Below are positions 60,132 through 64,000 of a stretch of 64,000 nucleotides of DNA, one piece after another. A program made the translations under genes and the position numbers. The notes beneath the pieces are model-generated. The model did not search any database. It saw only the letters and a program-made list of their open reading frames with translations, and was not told where the DNA came from. Location: positions 4,354-68,353 of the forward strand of contig PUNZ01000158.1 in NCBI GenBank assembly GCA_003551945.1, written 5' to 3'. The DNA comes from Halovenus sp. GTDB lineage: Archaea > Halobacteriota > Halobacteria > Halobacteriales > Haloarculaceae. Numbering within the stretch: the stretch's first letter is position 1; each line of letters opens with the position of its first letter.

Positions 60132-61244
60132 ATGGAGTATGTACAGGAACGAATAGCGACGTTACACGATTATGACGGTGTCTCCCCAGCCGCACCCGTC
60201 GACCGTGCATCCGTTATCGTTCCATTGACTGCTCGAGACTATGGGAGTGTTGCGACCGAGCGCGTGTTCAGAACGCTTGCGTCACTCAGCCCAGAGCGAG
60301 TTATCGTTCCGCTCAGAGCCGACCCCGCAGCCGTCCACGACGTACGCGAATGGCTCGCTGAGTTTGACCTGCCCCTGACACTGTTATGGTGTACCGCCCC
60401 TGAACTCGGAGCGTTGCTTGCCAACCACGACCTTAATGGAGAGACAGGCAAAGGTCGCGATGTGTGGCTTGCGCTTGGACTTGCCGCTGAAAGTGACTAC
60501 GTTGTCGTTCACGACGCCGATGCAACAACGTACGATGAAACGACCGTCCCTCGGTTGCTGTTTCCGCTTTCACGTGAGTATTCGTTCTCAAAGGCGTATT
60601 ACGCCCGGATAGAAAATCAGCAGCTATACGGACGGCTCTTTCGTCTGTTTGTGAGACCGCTTTTGCTTGCATTACAAGAACAACGCAAGCAGGGAGCCGA
60701 GTTGCTGTCGTATCTCTCAGCGTTTCGCTATACTCTTTCGGGCGAGTTTGCAATGACCGGGTCACTCGCGAAGAAACTTCGAATTCCTCGTGGGTGGGGG
60801 CTCGAAATCGGAACACTCGGTGATGCATATACCCATGCTGGATTCGATGGGACTGCACAGGTTGACCTCGGGAGGCATCAACACGAACACCGACCCGTTG
60901 AGGGCGACGGTGGTCTCGGCAACATGGCCCACGAAGTAGGCGAGACCTTCTATACGGTGCTCGAAGAGCATGGCATTACTCCGGACTACGACACCCTCTC
61001 ATCCCAGTATCAGCGCTGTGCGCGGGCCCTGATTGAGCAGTACGAGGCTGATGCCGCATTTAACGACTTCACATTCAACAAAGAACGCGAACTAAACCAG
61101 GTCTCGCTCTATGCTGAGGCAATTACCCCACCCACAAAGGATACGAGATTGCCCGCGTGGGAGGAGGTCTCGCTCTCCCCAGAAACGGTTCTCGCTCGCT
61201 CGCAAGAGGGTCTCACAGGCAAGCAAACCCAACCACAGCGGTAA
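60132..61244 (+). CDS. GT-A glycosyltransferase, glucosyl-3-phosphoglycerate synthase-like
   Basis: GKGRDVW, HDAD (DxD), KAYYAR, LYGRL, Y.LSGEF, WGLEIG. Confidence 0.8.
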   Translation: MEYVQERIATLHDYDGVSPAAPVDRASVIVPLTARDYGSVATERVFRTLASLSPERVIVPLRADPAAVHDVREWLAEFDLPLTLLWCTAPELGALLANHDLNGETGKGRDVWLALGLAAESDYVVVHDADATTYDETTVPRLLFPLSREYSFSKAYYARIENQQLYGRLFRLFVRPLLLALQEQRKQGAELLSYLSAFRYTLSGEFAMTGSLAKKLRIPRGWGLEIGTLGDAYTHAGFDGTAQVDLGRHQHEHRPVEGDGGLGNMAHEVGETFYTVLEEHGITPDYDTLSSQYQRCARALIEQYEADAAFNDFTFNKERELNQVSLYAEAITPPTKDTRLPAWEEVSLSPETVLARSQEGLTGKQTQPQR

Positions 61245-61264
61245 CAGGTTTGCTCAGCAGAAAA

Positions 61265-61390
61265 CGGGCTGGGCACGATGGTGAACTACGTCAAGACGGT
61301 CATTCGTTCGCTTCGCTCACTCAGCTGCGGCCTGTCTACTTCAAATCGCTCTGGTCGCTTTGCTCCTCGAAAAATTTCTCGTCACAAAAG
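61265..61390 (-). repeat. Unit downstream of tRNA-Lys ending in a copy of the tRNA 3' end
   Basis: CGGGCTGGGCACGATGGTGAAC at 61265 versus tRNA CGGGCTGGGCGCGATTTGAAC at 61391; inverted TTCAAATCGC at ~61340; core CGTTCGCTTCGCTCACTC. Confidence 0.8.
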
Positions 61391-61464
61391 CGGGCTGGGC
61401 GCGATTTGAACACGCGACCGACGGATTAAGAGTCCGTCGCTCTGCCGGACTGAGCTACCAGCCC
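61391..61464 (-). tRNA. tRNA-Lys (CTT)
   Basis: Reverse complement GGGCTGGTAGCTCAGTCCGGCAGAGCGACGGA-CTCTTAA-TCCGT...GTTCAAATCGCGCCCAGCCCG. Confidence 0.96.
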
Positions 61465-61591
61465 TCACTCACCGCTTTGGTCAGGGTCGGTAAAGACGTT
61501 TCTTTTCGCGCTAGCGACCTACCCCTGAAAAAAGCATCTCCTAAAGGAAGTGCCAGAAAAACTATTACCCAATACAACGTAGTTACTTGTG

Positions 61592-61666
61592 ATGTCTACA
61601 AAACTCAAAGTCGCCATGGCGCTGATCGCAATCGCACTCGTCTACTTCGTTGTGATTCGAGACTAA
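61592..61666 (+). CDS. 24-aa single-TM small protein
   Basis: MSTKLKVAMALIAIALVYFVVIRD*; basic N-terminus plus one hydrophobic helix. Confidence 0.5.
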   Translation: MSTKLKVAMALIAIALVYFVVIRD

Positions 61667-61829
61667 CACCGCCTCAAACGTACAGTGTCCAAACTACCGT
61701 TTTCCATGTTCTCTCTTTCGGTAGCATACCTTCAGCCGCTGCTCGTAGCAAAAATAAGCCAGACGCACTCGTCGAACGCACTGGGACAACGTCGGACCTT
61801 ATAGGTATCTGCAGGACGTTATCCGGAGT

Positions 61830-62666
61830 ATGTACGGCGTCGTTACACGAAACGAAGAGGAAGTTACTTGGCCGGAGTTCGATATCGTCTTTTTCGAATC
61901 AAAGGATGTGACTGGGCGGGCAACAACCCCTATTCAGGGAGCAGTGAACATGATCTCTTGTTTTGGTGATAACGCTGCTGTCGAGGGTGACCCGTCTCTG
62001 GCTCCCGTCAATGAAACGGGCGAGCGAGCAACTCGAGAGCGGAAATATTTCGACTGGGATTACATCTGCCCCACGAACAAAACATATCGAAAGGGGCTAC
62101 TCGAGATGATTGATGACGCTGTAGAGGTCCACCCGAATGTCAGACTCGATGATGTCGGCTTTCCCCGAGATGAGTACTGCCACTGTGAGCGGTGTACCGA
62201 CCAGTTTGAAGCGAGCGACTTTGATGACTGGCAACAGTGGCGAGAAAACGTGATTACGGAGTTCATTGCGACAGCGCGAGAGCGAGTTCCCGGGAAACTC
62301 TACATGACGCTTTATCCCGACCCATATCCAGGGCATCTCGAACAGCGAAGTGGAATCAACGTCGACGCCCTTGCTGAGTATGTCGATGAGTTCGTCGTAC
62401 CAATTTACGATATGGCCTACGAAACGACCTACTGGGTTGAGGTTATCGCCAAAGGCTTCGTTGACAGACTTGATACTCCCTTCAGTATCGAACTGTATGC
62501 CATTAATATTGACATGGACAACCTCGTGCATGCAATGGAAGTCGCCGACGAATACAGCGAGTCTGTCCTATTTGGATACGAATCAGGGAACGCTCGGGCA
62601 GCTATCAGACGGATGAAAGCTGACCAGCGGGAGGGGAAATCATTCGGTCCGGACGGAACGGAATAA
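61830..62666 (+). CDS. Conserved hypothetical protein, possible glycoside-hydrolase-like TIM barrel
   Basis: WDYICP, VRLDDVGFP, YCHCERC; acidic haloarchaeal composition. Confidence 0.7.
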   Translation: MYGVVTRNEEEVTWPEFDIVFFESKDVTGRATTPIQGAVNMISCFGDNAAVEGDPSLAPVNETGERATRERKYFDWDYICPTNKTYRKGLLEMIDDAVEVHPNVRLDDVGFPRDEYCHCERCTDQFEASDFDDWQQWRENVITEFIATARERVPGKLYMTLYPDPYPGHLEQRSGINVDALAEYVDEFVVPIYDMAYETTYWVEVIAKGFVDRLDTPFSIELYAINIDMDNLVHAMEVADEYSESVLFGYESGNARAAIRRMKADQREGKSFGPDGTE

Positions 62667-62697
62667 GAGTCAGCAGCTAACGAAGTCAGTGGGACCG

Positions 62698-63273
62698 TTA
62701 GGTATCAGAACTCCCGAGAAGCTGTTGCCTTCGCCATGTAAGCAGCTGCTCTCTATCTCGAGTATCAGGTGGTAAGTCATCAAACCAACGGGCATCTGAG
62801 ATTTCCTCGTCAGGGTCGCAAATCTCCGGCTGTTCAGCAGCTGCCTGCGCTTCGAATAGCGGCAGAATACCCCATGTAGAATACTCATCGGCATGGAATG
62901 TGACCCGACCAAGCATCCCCAAACCGTGATACTGGGCATCGATGCCAGCCTCCTCTTTGAGTTCTCGCTTTGCTGCCTCCTTGAAATCTTCAGTGTCCAG
63001 CGCTTGGCCTCCGGGGAGCACCCAGAGGTCAACGCCTTCGTGCCTCACCAGGAGTAACTCCCCACTTTGTTGGTAGGCAAGCGTGTGCGCTCCATACGGT
63101 GCGCCGTTTCGATGGATGCGAGTTGCAACTGTGCGAAACCGCCGTCGTGAAACATGCTTTGTCGTCTCAAACTCGATAAATGCTTCATACTGTTCTGTCA
63201 ACCGATGGTAGGTCTGCTCAGCCTGCTGGCTGGCTGTATCCGCCAGATACCACAGGTCATCGACTGTCGTCAT
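62698..63273 (-). CDS. NUDIX hydrolase
   Basis: PGGQ.....F..AAKRELKEEAG Nudix box. Confidence 0.9.
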   Translation of the reverse strand: MTTVDDLWYLADTASQQAEQTYHRLTEQYEAFIEFETTKHVSRRRFRTVATRIHRNGAPYGAHTLAYQQSGELLLVRHEGVDLWVLPGGQALDTEDFKEAAKRELKEEAGIDAQYHGLGMLGRVTFHADEYSTWGILPLFEAQAAAEQPEICDPDEEISDARWFDDLPPDTRDREQLLTWRRQQLLGSSDT

Positions 63274-63441
63274 CGCCAGTGCAAGTGAGAGTTCGTCCGT
63301 TTTTGTCCCGATGCCCCAGAGAAAGCGAGTATAGCCGTCATTAGTGTACGATACCCGCGACAAAAGCATAAGTGTTCAACCTTGACAACGCACAGAATAT
63401 CGTCATACCCTTTTATCAGCATTGCCTAGGTGAGTTCACGC

Positions 63442-63894
63442 ATGCGTTATTGTCCGAAATGTGGGGCCCGAGTTGAGGAGGAGGATGCGTTTTGTTTCGA
63501 GTGTGGGGCAACACTTGGCACATCCGAAGAACCGAGCGACAAAACCGAGAGCCTAACCACAGTCTATGCGACGGTTGTCTTTGCGGTGTTTGGCTTACTC
63601 GAAAGTCTGGCATTTGTCTTTTCACCCGAGACATTCCTCGAGCAAGCCGAGGAGTTTGGACTAGAGGCCGGCCTTACAACCGAGATGTTGGTCGTCACGG
63701 GGAGTATCGGGGTCTTAGTTTCACTTGGTGTTACTGCACTTGCCCTCTATTACTACAATCAGGGATTCGTCGAAAAGCAATTTTTCTGGGCGCTCATTAT
63801 CGCCGGAGCGATTGGTATACTTTTCGCGAGTATGTTCTCGTTCCTGTTCATCCTCATTATCGGGATTTATGGCCTGCTTTTCGTCATCGACTGA
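63442..63894 (+). CDS. Zinc-ribbon membrane protein
   Basis: CPKCG...FCFECG followed by 3-4 TM segments. Confidence 0.78.
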   Translation: MRYCPKCGARVEEEDAFCFECGATLGTSEEPSDKTESLTTVYATVVFAVFGLLESLAFVFSPETFLEQAEEFGLEAGLTTEMLVVTGSIGVLVSLGVTALALYYYNQGFVEKQFFWALIIAGAIGILFASMFSFLFILIIGIYGLLFVID

Positions 63895-63949
63895 GAGCCC
63901 TCGTCACGGAAACCAGAACCGTTAGCTTCGAGCAGACAAACACCGGTAT

Positions 63950-64000
63950 GTGAAGGAGGTCATCGACTGGCTCACCGAGCGTCCATACTACGCCGGGCAG
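63950..64000 (+). CDS. 5' end of a probable DEAD/DEAH-box (DUF1998-type) helicase
   Basis: GTG start, MKEVIDWLTERPYYAGQ resembles the N-terminus of haloarchaeal Hrq1-like helicases; truncated by the window. Confidence 0.5.
   Translation, partial: MKEVIDWLTERPYYAGQ

Noticed and set aside
708-63953. Many long antisense or alternate-frame ORFs in the ORF track
   Set aside because: They shadow well-supported genes, lack the acidic composition and motifs, and are expected from codon bias

Overview
Chromosomal window of a halophilic archaeon (Halobacteria), judged from the strongly acidic proteome, HalOD1, Bat-type HTH, HVO_0758-type zinc finger, Tat lipoproteins, archaeal initiator tRNA and leaderless TATA promoters. 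GC looks low for the class by eye but was not computed. Most of it is housekeeping: dph6, dUTPase-like, aconitase, truD, aspS, thyX, gatB, dapD, mptE-folP, trmJ, asd, and tRNA-iMet, tRNA-Leu(TAG) and tRNA-Lys(CTT). Accessory parts: (i) an ~11 kb cluster with two convergent nosD-nosF-nosY sets and two nosL genes but no nosZ, where both NosD proteins carry a NosL-like N-terminal module and one NosL carries a His-rich extra domain; (ii) an atypical PTPS/QueD cluster with CDP-alcohol phosphotransferase, Zn-dehydrogenase, glycosyltransferase and methyltransferase, next to a phosphotransferase split by an in-frame TAG; (iii) a divergent HTH / nucleoside-deoxyribosyltransferase-like pair; (iv) an internally deleted IS605-type element; (v) an enolase-ALDH-ADH catabolic trio. 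The most unusual signal is non-coding. Downstream of all three tRNAs and of aspS there are ~100-130 bp units made of an inverted copy of the host gene's 3' end, a GAGC-rich or palindromic core and (except at tRNA-iMet) a direct copy of the 3' end. This suggests a family of target-copying miniature elements. Two or three small ORFs missed by the ORF track were also found. All family assignments are from motif recognition by eye; no searches were run.
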